Shown piece after piece: positions 12,831 through 25,419 of a stretch of 64,000 nucleotides of DNA. The notes under the pieces are model-generated. The model made no database searches. It was not told where the DNA came from and worked only from the letters and a program-made list of their open reading frames with translations. Position 1 is the stretch's first letter, and every line of letters begins with the position of its first letter. The position numbers were made by a program, and so were the translations under genes. The DNA is from Squalus acanthias. Lineage: Eukaryota. Location: assembly GCA_030390025.1 (NCBI GenBank), contig CM059432.1, positions 34,722,001 to 34,786,000 of the forward strand. The letters run 5' to 3'.

Positions 12831-13659
12831 TCACAGTGCCGTATTTATCCCTCAATCGCCATCACTAAAACAGATTATGTGGTCATTATTTCATTGCTGT
12901 TTGTGGGATCTTGCTGTGTGAAAATTTGGCAGCTGTGTTTCTTACAACAGTGACTACACTTCAACAAAAGTACTTAATTGATTGTGAAGTGCTTTGGGAC
13001 GTCCTGAGCTGGTGAAAGATGCTATATAAATGCAAGTTCTTTCTTTCGATGTAACACAATTAGCTGCAGAGTAAAGCTTCCTCTACACTGCCCCACCTCA
13101 GTGTTGCACCCATGACATTTTTCAAATTTCCTATTTGTGAGTGATGTAACTTACTTAGCAGCAATTTTTGCATTATGGAACTATTTCCATTAGCAATTGT
13201 GCTAAGACTGACCAAACTCATTTCATGTACGACCCTTTAATCCAGATTCATTTGTGTCTGAGCTAAATCTGAATCCAAGTCCCAGATATGAAAGGCCAGT
13301 GTCTAACCTACTGCGCCACCCACTCCCTTAATATTGGGATTCACCCATGCTGTGACCACAGAGAGGAGAAGGATTGCAGTAGAGCAAAAAGAGCAAACAG
13401 GAAGTTAACACCACACAGGAAAGAGATAACCTCTCATTCACCTCTCTTTCAAGGAATGCCATTACAATGATCATCTTCTCTTTCTGTTGCTGAATCTATG
13501 TGCAATACCTCCCTGATTCATCAAACTTTCCAGCATAAAAGGAAGCTGTTCATCTGTCATTCCTGTAACGACTATGAAAGAGCTAAACCCTCAGACCCAT
13601 TTCCCTGCCCTTTCCCCACTCGGCCCATCTGTTCCTGTGTCGACTGTCTGAAAGAGTTA

Positions 13660-13965
13660 CTCCCTTAATCCCATTCCCCTCCCACTTTCTCCATTTGTAA
13701 CCACCATTTCTGGTAGGTCATTCCATGTTCTAACAACCTTCTGGGTAAAACCTTGATTCTTTTGATAATAATGTTAAATTTATGTCCTCTAGATACTGAC
13801 GCATTGCCCAGTGGAAATACTTCTGTCCTATTTATATTATCAGAACCTTTTATGATTTTGAACACCTCTATCAGATCTCTTAACCTTCTCTGTTCTAATG
13901 AAAAGAGCCACAGTTTCTCTAGTTTCTCCTTATAACAGAAGCCTCTTGTCGCTGGCATCATCTTA
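13660..13965 (-). mobile_element. CR1 LINE 3' fragment (old)
   Basis: [28 protein letters not shown]. Confidence 0.8.
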
Positions 13966-14360
13966 GGTGTCAGCTTTGGCTCAGTGATAGCATGCTCGTC
14001 TCTGAGTCACAAAGGTTATAGTTTCAAACCCCACTCCAGAGACTTGAGCACATAATCCAGACTGACATTTTTGTGCTGTACTGTCAGAGGTTCTGGCTTT
14101 TGGATGAGAGTTTAAACCAAGGCCCTGTCTGCCCCCTCAGGTGCACGTAAAAGATTCCATGCCACTACTTGAAGAAGAGGAGGCAAGTTCTCCCCAGTGT
14201 CTGAGTCAATATTTATCTCAACCAACACCTAAAACAGATGATTTAAAACAGATTTGCTGTGCGCAAATTGGCTGCTCAATATCCTACATTACAAGAGTGA
14301 CTATACTTCAAAGCTCTTGGCTCTAAAGTGCTATGGGACACCCTGAGGTCATGAAATGGA
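13966..14360 (+). mobile_element. DeuSINE (SacSINE1-like) copy
   Basis: tRNA-like head TTGGCTCAGTGATAGC...GTTTCAAACC and body shared with other copies in the window. Confidence 0.75.
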
Positions 14361-14704
14361 TGTCTTTTTTCTTTTTGAATTTCTTCTGCACCTTCTCCAT
14401 GGCCTTGACGTCCTTCCTAAAATAATGTGCCCAAAATAAGACACAATATTGACTCGGGCAACTCTTAGTTGTTCAGGGCGCCCACCTGAAAGTCGTGGGT
14501 GCACCTACCCCACCACAGACCTGACCTGCTAGCTGGCTTCCACGTAAGACCTGGTCAATTACTCACACTCCTTGCTGTAGTGGGGTGCCTGTTTGGCGCC
14601 ATACCTCACCGGCAGCATTTACACGAGACCCAAACCCAAATTTGGCTCGAGCCTCAGGCTGGCCAGGAGCAGCAGCTCCGCCAACTTCTCACCTATTTTG
14701 GGTC

Positions 14705-15060
14705 ACCTCCGGATTCCCCAAAGCTTGTCCACCACAGCATAAGTCAGGAGTCTGATGGAATACTCTTCACTTGCCTAGATGGGTACAGCTTTAGCAACAT
14801 CCAGGACAAAGCAGTCTGCTTGATTGGCAAAACATCCACCACCTTAATCACCTATTCCCTCCACCACCGGCGCACCGTCCGTGGCTACAGTGTGTACCAG
14901 CTACAAGATGCACTGCAGCAACTTGCCAAGGTTTCTTCGACAGCACCTCCCAAACCCGTGACCTCTACCACCTAGAAGGACAAGGGTTGCATGTGCATGG
15001 GAATATCATCACTTCCAAGTTCCCTTCCAAGTCACACACCATCCTGACTTGGACATATTT
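14705..15060 (+). mobile_element. RTE-X-like LINE 3' fragment
   Basis: QDKAVCLIGKTSTTL...SLHHRRTV; homologous to 27400-27780. Confidence 0.75.
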
Positions 15061-15074
15061 TGCTAGGTTAAATT

Positions 15075-16005
15075 CCTCCACCAGTTCCGCCACCTCCAAC
15101 GTGATCCCACCACCAAACACATCTTCCCTTCCCCTCCCCTTTCAGCATTCCGAAGGGACCGCTCCCTCCACGACACCCTGGTCCACTCGTCTATCACCCC
15201 CAACACCCCTTCCCCTTCCCATGGCACCTTCCCGTGCAAGCGCAGGAGATGCAACCCCTGCCCTTTTATTTCCTCCCTGTCCACTGTCCAGAGCCCCAAA
15301 CACTTCTTCCAGGTAAAACAGCGATTTATTTGTACTTCTTGCAATTTAGTATACTGTATTCGCTGCTCACAATGCGGTCTCCTCTACACTGGGGAGACCA
15401 AATGCAGATTGGGTGACTGCTTTGCGGAACACCTCCGTTCAGTCCATAAGGGTGACCCCGAGCTTCCGGTCACCTGTCATTTTAATTCTCTGCTCCACTC
15501 CCACTCTGACCTCTCCGTCCTTGGTCTCTTACACTGTTCCAAAGAAGCTCAACGTAAGCTCGAGGAACAGTACCTCATCTTTCGATTAGGCACTTTACAG
15601 CCTTCTGGACTCAACATCGAGTTCAACAATTTCAGACTATAACCTTGGCCCCAATTTTTTTTTCTCTCTCACATGGCAGCTGTCTTTCATTCTGCCATCG
15701 CCATTTACACCTCATCTTGAGCCATCTTTTGTTTCTTAACTTGTCCCATTACCATCTCCTTTTGCCTTGCACCATCATCCCTTTTGTCTTTTAATCTCTC
15801 TTGCCTTCCATCCTCACAGACATTCCCTTTTGTTCTTTCCTCCCCTTCCCCCTCTCCCTGCCCCTACACTTGCTTAAAAACTTGTTACATCTCCAACTTT
15901 CACCAGTTCTGACGAAGGGTCATCGACCTGAAACGTTAACTCTGTTTCTCTCTCTACAGATGCTGCCTGACCTGCTGTGTATTTCCAGCATTTTCTGTTT
16001 TTATT
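15075..16005 (+). mobile_element. Penelope-like element 3' part (GIY-YIG endonuclease and pseudo-LTR)
   Basis: VYCIRCSQCGLLYTGETKCRLGDCFAEHLRSV...RKLEEQYLIFRLGTLQPSGLN. Confidence 0.9.
15904..15944 (+). ncRNA. Minimal hammerhead ribozyme motif in Penelope pseudo-LTR
   Basis: AGTT-CTGACGA-AGGGTC-ATC-GACCT-GAAAC-GTT-AACT; stems I and II plus palindromic AACGTT. Confidence 0.75.
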
Positions 16006-16495
16006 AGCAATGGAGAGGCTGAGGTAGAAGTGGAGGCAAGCAACATTGCGGAGGTGGAAATAAGCAATCTTGGTGCTGTGAAGTTAGAAGCTCAGCTCGG
16101 GGTCGAACAAGACACCAAGGTAGGGCATGGGGCATGGTCCGGTTCAATCTCAGTGAATGGCCAGGGAGGGGGAATGAGTCAGTGTTAAGACATGTTCTGT
16201 CTTCCTCATGGAGAGGGAGAGCTGGGTGTTGATGTTGCCAAGGGGCAGCATGTAGTGAAGGAAAACGAGTGGGCCAAGGATTGATCCTTGAGGGACTCCT
16301 GAGCTGCTGGTGCAGGGAAAGGAAGAGAAGCCATTGCTGGAGATGCATTGGCCGATAGATAGGAGTAGAACCACACACCAGCAGTCCCATGGAGCTGGGC
16401 AATGGAGGAGGACAACATGATTAACCACGTCAAACACTACAGAAAGACTGAGGAAGACAAGGAGGGATGACGCACCACATCCACAGTCACAGAGG
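16005..16495 (-). mobile_element. L2 LINE RT fragment
   Basis: SLLVFLSLSVVFDVVNH, SGVPQGSILGPLVFLHYMLPLG. Confidence 0.75.
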
Positions 16496-18527
16496 TGCAA
16501 TATGCAAACAGCCTGATAATGGGTGTGATAGGGTGACGCGAGGGATGATTTTCCTCCCATGCCAGATGCCAGACAGGCTGCACCTGTGAAGGCACCAGGC
16601 TGTGTGAATTTCCTGCCCTGGGCCATTTGCATGGCCACAGGTAACCCCTGCAGCACAGGTGGCAGCGGCTTGTGCTGTGAGAGAAGCAGGAGTGTAGCTG
16701 TAGGCTTCACAGGCCCTTCTGGTTGGTGACCTCCAAGCCTTCTGTCCACTGCTGAGAAGCAGCGAGTAGAAGGCCCCAAGTCCCAAAAATCTTTTTGGAA
16801 GAAGAGAACCAATATTTCCCTGCTATTCCTGTTGCCTTTGGGTTGCTCTCAGCCCCCTCCTCAGACATTCTGGTCTGAGGAAGGTCCTGGCGTAAGTCCA
16901 CCGCCAGCTTTTCCGGAGTGCCCCAGCATTTGGGTGCCCCATTGATGGATGTAGAAGGAATTATGAGTGCTCAGAATGCCCCCTCCTGCCTCATTTCCAT
17001 GGTGACACTGGGCCTACACTTGTTGCAGGCCAAAGCCTGGGTATGCCCACTTGGAAAAATCCCGGCATAGTGAAGCAAAGTAGATCAGAGATTTGATGTA
17101 GCGGATATCTGACTCCCCTGTTCCTCTCCGCAGCACCTGAGAACTTAGCTTTCTCCAAGCACTTAGCAGAGGAAAATCAGTCCTAATAAATGTGAAATAT
17201 TCCTGTATTTCAAAATTGATTTTCCCATAATGCGACCCACACGGCCACTTGCTGTTCTCAAACAACTGATGCAGGGAGTTATTTTTTTTAAACTGTCATG
17301 TGTATCGGCAGGAATAGCATTTAAGGTGGGTGCACTTCCTTTCAACACTGTGTCACTTCAAGTGGTCAATGACATTAACATTTCCGGTTGTAAGCATTTG
17401 GAGCAAAAATAAGGCAATGGTTGTGAGGCGTCAACATCCTGTTTTCACATTAAACATAGAAGGTAAGTTAACACCCTGATACAATATCTTCTCGAAAATT
17501 GGAGCTGAATTAAGTAAAGATAGAGAAGTTGTGTGCCCTTGATAGGACAGTGTAGAGGGAGCTTTACTCTGTATCAAACCCGTGCTGTTCCTGACCTGTA
17601 CCTAATACATAATTTAAAACAAATATACATTCCTTTAAAGCACAAAAACCCCCACAGGAAAAGTGGTCTAACCGTGGCTAACAAGAGAAGTTAAAGATAG
17701 TATTAGATCAAAGGAAGAGGCTTATAATGTTGCCAAAAAAGGGTAGTAAGCCTGAGGATTGGGAGGATTTTAGAATTCAGCAAAGGAGGATCAAGAAATT
17801 GATAAAGAAAGGGAAAATAAAATATGAGAGTAAACTAGCAAGAGACATAAAAACAGACTGTAAAAGCTTCTATAGGTATGTAAAAAGGAAAAGATTAGCG
17901 AAAGTAAATGTTGGTCCATTACAGGCTGAGACAGGAGAAATTTTAATGGGGAATAAGGAAGCAGCTGAGAAATTAAACAAATACTTTGGCCATGAATTTG
18001 CTGGCATTCAGAGGGTGGGTTTGGAGGCGGGTCAGGAGTAAAAATCTCAATGATTGACGGCGGGTTGCAAACCCACCGCCATCCCGCCTCCACGCTACTT
18101 TGCCATGTGTTGGGTCTGCGAGTCCCGATCAGACCCGACACCAAACGACGGGAGAAGCACTTAAGGCAGTTAACAGCTTGTTAACTGCCTGGATAATCTT
18201 ATTTTAACTGCCTGTTCCGATTTTTGAGGTTTTTCTGCGTGTTGCCCGTCGTCAGACAAACACGCCAGCTGCATTGTGCTGGGTTTAGCAAGGTGCTGAA
18301 TTGTTAGCAGCTGCTCCAGCAGCTTAAAAGCGGTCCTACAACATGGCTGAGTTTCAGATGGCACAAGTTAGTGCTTTGAGGTTTTGGCTAACATTTTGCA
18401 GCTCTACTGATCTTGTGAGTGTTCAAGCTGAGATCCATCTGCAGTTTGACCTCCTTGGAAGACCCTCTGGCCACTTTGACTGAGTGCTTGCAACCTCTAT
18501 TGCTCAACTGAGATATCCACCAGCGGA

Positions 18528-19754
18528 ATGGGAACCATTTAAACCCTCTCATCCTGGTCGTCAGATTCAGAGGAAGAGCAGCCGCGGCAGCAGCACAACC
18601 AGGCACAACAGCAGCAGCAACAACTGGAGCGCCAACCTTCTCCTCAGACACCTGATGTTGCACAGGGCAGAGGGCGTTAGCGCAGGGCTGCACTGCGCCG
18701 CAGGAGATACCCCCAACACAGGGTTTACAGGCAGAGGATGAGCTTCCTCAACATGAGTGAGCAGCAGTGCCAAAGGAGGCTGAGACTTTCGCAAGAGGTA
18801 GTCGCTGACATTTGCACAATGCTGCACCAACACCTGGAGCCCAGAAGAGCGGGTGGACACTCCTTACCAGTGGCTGTCAAAGTCACCACCGCACTCAACT
18901 TCTTTGCTTCGGGCTCCTTCCAGGGATTAGCAGTAGACGTCAGCGGCATCTCCCAGTCGGCCGCACACACTTGCATCACAGAAGTTACCGATGCCCTCTT
19001 TGCAAAGTCTCACAATTACATCCACTTCTCCACGGATGAAGCAAGCGTAACCTCGCGGGTGGTTGGCTTTGCAAATATGGCAGGCTTCCCAAGGGTGCAG
19101 GGCGTCATCGACTGCACACATGTGGCCTTAAGGGCACCCCATCACAACCCAGCTGTATTTGTCAACCGCAAAGGCTTCCACTCCCTTAACGTCCAGCTGG
19201 TGTGTAACCACAGGAAGATCATTATGCCTGTTTGTGCCTAGTTCCCTGGCAGTTGCCATGATTCCTTAAACCAACAGCAGTTTACTGTGCCTCAGCTCTT
19301 CAATCCGCCAACCCAACTTTCCGGATGGCTACTTGGCGACAAGGGCTATCCCCTGAAGACGTGGCTCATGACACCGATGAGGAGGCCATCAAACGAGGCT
19401 GAGGAGCGGTACAATGCGAGCCACATTTCCACCAGAAGCATCAAAGAGCAAACCATCTGCCTCGACAGTCTGGTGGAGCCCTGCAATACGCACCAGCCAA
19501 GGTGTCCAGTATCATCGTGTTCTGCTGTGCCCTGCACAACATCGCACAGCAGCGTGGCTTAGCGCTGCCTGAGGAACAAGTGGCACAGCACAGAGCCTCC
19601 TAGGAAGAAGAGGAGGAGGATGAGGACAAGGAGGAGGATGAGGACGAGGAGGAGGCGGCACCTTGCGGGGCCGTATGTGCCAATTCCACCAGCACGCGAC
19701 CACATTGCTGGCCATCAGGCAAGGGACGCACTCATCCATGCCAGATTCGTGTAA
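18528..19754 (+). pseudogene. Harbinger (HARBI1-family) DDE transposase, disrupted
   Basis: [55 protein letters not shown]; stop at 19239-19241 and frameshifts. Confidence 0.92.
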
Positions 19755-20040
19755 GCTCACGCTTCAAGCACAGGTGGCTGGCAGATGGAGATGAATATCT
19801 GGACGACCTTCTTAACACGCCATACATCATCTGTCCAATAAACGGTGCTTTCCTATCACTCTCACCACTATCATTACAAATGCATGTCGTCCTGACCCCT
19901 CACTGTGCAACTTCCATTTCTCAGCACACATAGGCCAAATCTTCAATTCTTTGCCATCACTTTTGTTTAATAAAATGACAATCAGGATGACAATCGCTAC
20001 TTTGTTACACAAGAAAACACTCAAGTGACTACCCTTGTGA

Positions 20041-21934
20041 CTATTTGTGTGTTAACTTTCTCTTATGCGTGCTTCTACGTGGTGCTTCCTCTGTGGCTTC
20101 AGTGGATGTAGAGGCACCTTGCTCACTTTTATGCTGTGCCTGCTTAGACGCCTTTGGCAGGCGTCCTCTGGGTGGGCTCCTCAACAGTCTGCTCCTCCTG
20201 CGGCTGTGCAGGGCTGAGATGGCCATCTCAGTTGGGTGTGGAATCTGGGGCTGTGACCGAGCGTTCCGCAGTGGCATGGTCATGTGAGTGCTTGGATAGG
20301 AGCCCACACTTCCTTGTTGTAGGCCACCAACATCCCTCTCATGGGTCATCCGCACTTCAGTGCTCGCAAGTGGCTGGAGAGCAGCTTGCTGAACATCAGT
20401 GGGGCCATGAGGACCCGTCTCTGTACTGACAGTCCTCATAACGGGGATGTCCATGTACCTCTGGTGTCTCTCCTCAATAGATGCCCATCTATCCTCCATC
20501 GCAGACCATCTATTTAGAAGAGTCACCATGCTCTGTTGAGTCTGGCGAGTTATCTCCTCCATGGAGGTTGCCACCCTCTCCATGGCGGCACGTTCAAGCG
20601 CCATTGCCTCCATCATGGCAGTGCTGATGTTTGAGATGGACTCCTCCATTCTCTGCACACTCGCAGTTACCGTGGATAAAAAACCCTGTCAGAGACTCCT
20701 GCACTTGTTCCTGAAGTTCCAGCACCGCTCTCTTTCTGGATGGCCCCAGAGGCGCAGGGTCCACATGCAGCTGACCAGAGCTAGGAGCGTCCTGTGACCT
20801 CTGACGAGGACTCTCCACTGCTGTCCCTGTCTCCACCATCTGCTGATGCTCACTTGTGAGCTGTGATACAGCAGGTGACCACACTACTCTATGTCGCGAA
20901 GGCCCCGCCGAGGTGTGTGTATCTGCGCTGGTACTGGGTGTGCTGAGTCCTGGTGACGCTGCTCCCTCAGAGGCTGCAGGTTCCTCTGAGGAGACGTCTG
21001 GCTCTTCCTCCTGGACAGTGGGGAGGGGGGCGCTCGATGGTCCTGTGGGAGAGTAAAGGCATGAGTTAGACATCTGATATTTAGGTAGCAGACACATCCT
21101 ATTGTGCAGATGATCAAAAGTCAATCTCTATGAACATCATATGCCATTTCAGTGAATCATGAAATCTAAATGAGAGCTTTGAAAATCTATTCTGTCACCA
21201 GCTTCCTCTACTGTGCCCGTCTCTCCGTCCTCCACTTCCAGCTCCTCGCCACCTCCCACCATGTCGTGAGCAGCCTCCTCAGTGCTTGTCAAACTTGCGA
21301 GGGATGGTGGCCCTCCTCCTGTCGTCGCTCTCTCCCTCTTATTGTGGGTTATCTTTTCCTGCAAGGAGGGACACAAGTGGAGTTTCAGCGAGATTGATGG
21401 AGTGACTGTGAAGAATCCATAACATAGAAACTTAGAGGGAGACCAAGATGGAGTGAGGTGCCAAGAGGAAGGTGCCTTCCTGTGCATTAGTTGTTGTCAT
21501 TGCATAATAGTGAGAGCGAGTGTGAGAGGTGCATAGTAGGATGGTGAAGTGATTCAGTACATAGAGAGGGATAGGTAAGGGTGCAAGGGAAGTAAGGGTA
21601 AGGTGGGATGTGGAGGAGCAGGCTGACAAAGCAGAGTGCTGGTGATGAGAAGAGAAGGGAAGCAGGTTGAAGGAAAGTCTGATGTGATACTCACTTTTGA
21701 TGTGCGCAGAAGATCATTGAACCGTTTTTGGCACTGCACCCAGGTGTGTGAGCATAAGGACCTAGCGCTTACCTCCTCAGCAATTTGCAGCCAGGCTGCC
21801 TTTGTCTGCTGAGGAGGGTTCCTCAGCCATCGGGAGGGAACAGAATCTCCCCTGCGCCCTCTTACTCCCTCCACAAGAGCTTGGAGGGAGTCCTCATCAA
21901 AGTGTGGAGCAGCCTTTGCTTTGGCAGCAGACAT
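20041..21934 (-). pseudogene. Harbinger Myb/SANT-like protein, 3 exons (about 21934-21695, 21358-21199, 21043-20041), frameshifted
   Basis: APHFDEDSLQALV...WLQIAEEV...WVQCQKRFNDL; EKITHNKRERATTGGG; basic C-terminus PRRSTHKRK; canonical splice sites. Confidence 0.85.
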
Positions 21935-22206
21935 GGTCACCTGGGCCGATTTCCACAGCAGCACAAATGAAATGAGAAGCTAAGACTACATGGGCCCCTT
22001 AAAAACAACTGAAGGAATGACGTCATCAGAGGCGAGCAGCAGACCCACTCCCACTCATTGGGCCGGGTAGCGCGCACGGCGGCCTTAATCAGCCCACTTA
22101 ATTTAAAATCATGAATTAGGAGCGGCTGAAACCGGCAGCGGGAACGAAACCCGCCCACCATGCAACCTGACACCAACCCGCCTCCTCAAAGAAAATCGCA
22201 GTCTTT

Positions 22207-22990
22207 GGGCTGGATTTTGAATGACCCATGGAGTCGGGTTTGGAGGTGTGTGGGGGGTTAAATTTGCGGGGTCGGGGGTCTCGACCCCATCCCGACTCCA
22301 TCCCGCCTCCACGCAATTTTGACAAAATCAGTCGCGGGGTTCCCGACTCCGTCCCGTCTCCAAGAGGCGGGAGAGGCCATTAAAGCTCTTAACAAGCCCT
22401 AAATTGGCTCTGTAATGCCATTTTGAAACGTTTTAGCTAGTTTAACCCTTTTCCGACGTGAAGTACGCCTGATGTGAAACACTCCAGTGAAACCTGGCGG
22501 GAGCACAAGTGGATAGCTGACTATCAGCTGCAAGTCCACTATTACAACAGAGATGTGATGAAGGTAGTAGTAGTATTAGGTCTGAAAGTCACCTCTGATG
22601 CTGCTGCATTGAATGTCTTCAGAGACTGCCTGGCCTTTGGGAGAGGACTTGGATGCAAAAAAATTCTCTCTCTCTCTCTCTCCTTTTCACATTTTGTATC
22701 CAGGTCCACTCACATCAAAAGCCAGGCAGATCCTCTCTCACCAACACCCAGACAGTCTCTGAGACCAGGCAGGCAGTCTCTGACCTGCAATGCAGCAGCA
22801 ATGATGACATCATCAGAGGTGACTTTCAGACTGAAACCACTAATTAGTTCATTGGTTCCCACATGCTGGAACTCAATTGCCCAATTAAGTGAAAATTGCA
22901 TCATTCATCCACATTAATCTGGAGTCGGGGGGGAACACGAAATGCAGCATGACACGACCCCAACCCTGACCCCAAGACAAAATCCAGCCC
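22207..22990. mobile_element. Non-autonomous Harbinger-type MITE with TTT TSD
   Basis: Perfect 12-bp TIR GGGCTGGATTTT/AAAATCCAGCCC; TTT on both sides. Confidence 0.88.
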
Positions 22991-24704
22991 TTTGTGTCTG
23001 TCTTCACGGAAGAAGACGCAAAAAACTTCACGGATATAGTGGAGAACCAAGGGTCGAGCGAGAATGAGGAACTGAAAGAAATTATTATTAGTAAAAAAAT
23101 AGTAGTGGAGAAATTAATGGGACTGAAAGCCGATAAATTCCCTGGACCTGATGGCCTGCATCCTAGGGTTTTGAAAGAGTTGGCTACAGAGATAGTGGAT
23201 ACATTGGTTGTCATTTTCCAAAATTCCATGGATTCTCGAACGGTTCCCGCAGATTGGAAGGTAGCAAATGTAACCCCACTATTTAAGAATAGAGGGAGAG
23301 AGAAAACAGGGAACTGCAGACCAGTCAGCTCGACATCAGTAGTAGGGAAAATACTAGAATCTATTATTAAAGACGTGGTAACAGGGAACTTAGAAAATAA
23401 TAATAGGATTGGGCTGAGTCAACACGGATTTATGAAGGGAAATCGTGTTTGACAAATCTGTTAGAGTTTTTTGAGGTTGTAACTAGCAGAATAGATAAGG
23501 GGGAACCAATGGATGTGGTGTTTTGGATTTTCAGAAGGCATTCGATAAGGTGCTACACAAGAGGTTATTAAACAAAATTAGGGCTTATGGGATTGGGATT
23601 AATATACTAAAATGGATTGAGGATTGGTTAACGGACAGAAAACAGAGAGTAGGAATAAACGGGTCATTTTCAGGTTGGCAGGCTGTTACTAGTGAGGTAC
23701 CGCAAGGATCAGTGCTTCGGTCTCAGCTATTCACAATCTATATCAATGATTTGGATGAGGGGACCAAATGTAATATATGCAAGTTTGCTGATGATACAAA
23801 GCTGGGTGGGAATGTAAGTTGTGAGGAGGATGCAAAGAGGCTTCAAGGGGATATAGACAAGCTAAGTGAGTGGGCAAGAACATGGCAAATGGAATATAAT
23901 GTGGAGAAATGTGAAGTTACCACTTTGGTGGGAAAAATAGAAAAGCTGAGTTTTTTTTAAATGGTGAGAGATTAGGAAATATTGGTGTTCAGAGGGACCT
24001 GGGTGTCCTTGTACACGAATCACTGAAAGTTAGCATGCAGGTACAGCAAGCAATTAGGAAAGCAAATGGCCTTTATTACAAGAGGATTTGAGTATAAGAG
24101 TAAAGACATCTTACTGCAATTATATAGGGCCCTGGTGAGACCACACCTGGAGTATTGTGTACAGTTTTGGTCTCCTTACCTAAGGAAGGTTATACTTGCC
24201 ATAGAGGGAGTGCAACGAAGGTTCACCAGACTGATTCCTGGGATGGGGGGATTGTCCTATGAAGAGAGATTGAGTAGACTAGGCCTATATTCTCTAGAGT
24301 TTAGAAAAATGAGAGGTGATCTCATTGAAACATACAAAATTCATACAGGGCTTGACAGGGTAGATGCAGGGAGGATGTTTCCCCTGGCTGGGGAGTCTAG
24401 AACCAGAGTCACAGTCTCAGAATAAGGGTCGGCCATTTAGGTCTGAGATGAGGAGAAATTTCTTCACTCAGAGGGTGGTGAATCTTTGGAATTCTCTACC
24501 CAAGAGGGCTGTGAAGGCTCAGTTGTTGAGTATATTCAAGACAGAGATCGATAGATTTTTGGATATTAAAGGAATCAAGGGATATGGGTATAGTGCAGGA
24601 AAGTGGAGTTGAGGTAGAAGATCAGCCATGATCTTATTGAATGGCGGAGCAGGCTCGAGGGGCCATATGGCCGACTCCTGCTCCTATTTATTATGTTCTT
24701 ATGA

Positions 24705-24900
24705 CCTGGGAGTGTTTTATGGGTAGTGTAGAGGAAGCTTTACTCTGTATCTAACCTGTGCAGTAGTAGCCCTGGGAATGTTTGATGGGACAATGTAGAG
24801 GGAGATTTACTCTTTATTAACCCGTGCTGTATCTGACCTGGGAGTATTTGATGGGATAATATAGAGGGAGCTTTACTCTGTATCTAACCATGCAGTACTA
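24705..24900 (+). repeat. About 65-bp dispersed minisatellite (also at 17540-17600 and 48480-48750)
   Basis: Unit GGGACAATGTAGAGGGAGCTTTACTCTGTATCTAACCCGTGCTGT...CCTGGGAGTGTTTGAT repeated 3-4 times. Confidence 0.8.
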
Positions 24901-25419
24901 TAGGCCGGGCCCTCGTGGGAGCTCTCAAGCACCCTGTTATAGTGGAGAAAGGCTCTAGTGGAAGCTCACACCCACCCTGTTATAGTGGAGGCTAGGCCTT
25001 AGGACAAGCTCTCAAGCACCCTGTTATAGTAGAAGCAGGTCCCTAATGGGAACTCACACCCACCCTGTTATAGTGTAGGCCGGGCTATAGAGGGAGATCT
25101 CAATTCCTCATACTGGAAGCTGGGCCCTAGCCCACACAAAGGGTGGTTGAGAGCCCCCACTATCGCCCATCTCTGGTACCATTCTGGTAAATCTCCACTG
25201 CATCCTTCCAAGGCTTTGACATCCATCCTAAAGTGTGGTGCCCAGAACTGGACAACACAATACTCTAGCTGAGGCCTAGTCAGCCTCGTCAGGGCTGAGA
25301 TGAGAAGACTGTAGGGTTTGTATGGAACATTGCGATCAAATAAGAAAGAAAGCAGAACTTGCATTTATCCCAAAGGCCATCTTCATTTGAACCTATCTTG
25401 TGCAGTGTGGGAGATGTCC

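Larger units (their letters stand above)
17988..22203. mobile_element. PIF/Harbinger transposon, full-length but decayed, TTT TSD
   Basis: Imperfect TIRs GGCCATGAATTT...AAAATCGCAGTC; TTT at 17985-17987 and 22204-22206; transposase (+) and Myb gene (-) convergent. Confidence 0.88.
17605..24705 (+). mobile_element. CR1 LINE ORF2 and 3' UTR, split at 17987/22991 by Harbinger insertions
   Basis: EKLNKYF (17987) resumes as VSVFTEED (22994); PGPDGLHPRVLKE, DFQKAFDKV, VPQGSVL, KFADDTK, 3' tail. Confidence 0.93.

Noticed and set aside
17014..17295. Protein-like minus-strand ORF (KINFEIQEYFTFIRTDFPLL...)
   Set aside because: No recognisable motif, no ATG and no convincing splice acceptor; cannot be supported without a search
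18738..19241. Possible domesticated HARBI1 host gene
   Set aside because: In-frame stops, frameshifts, TIRs, TSD and a partner Myb gene show it is a decayed transposon
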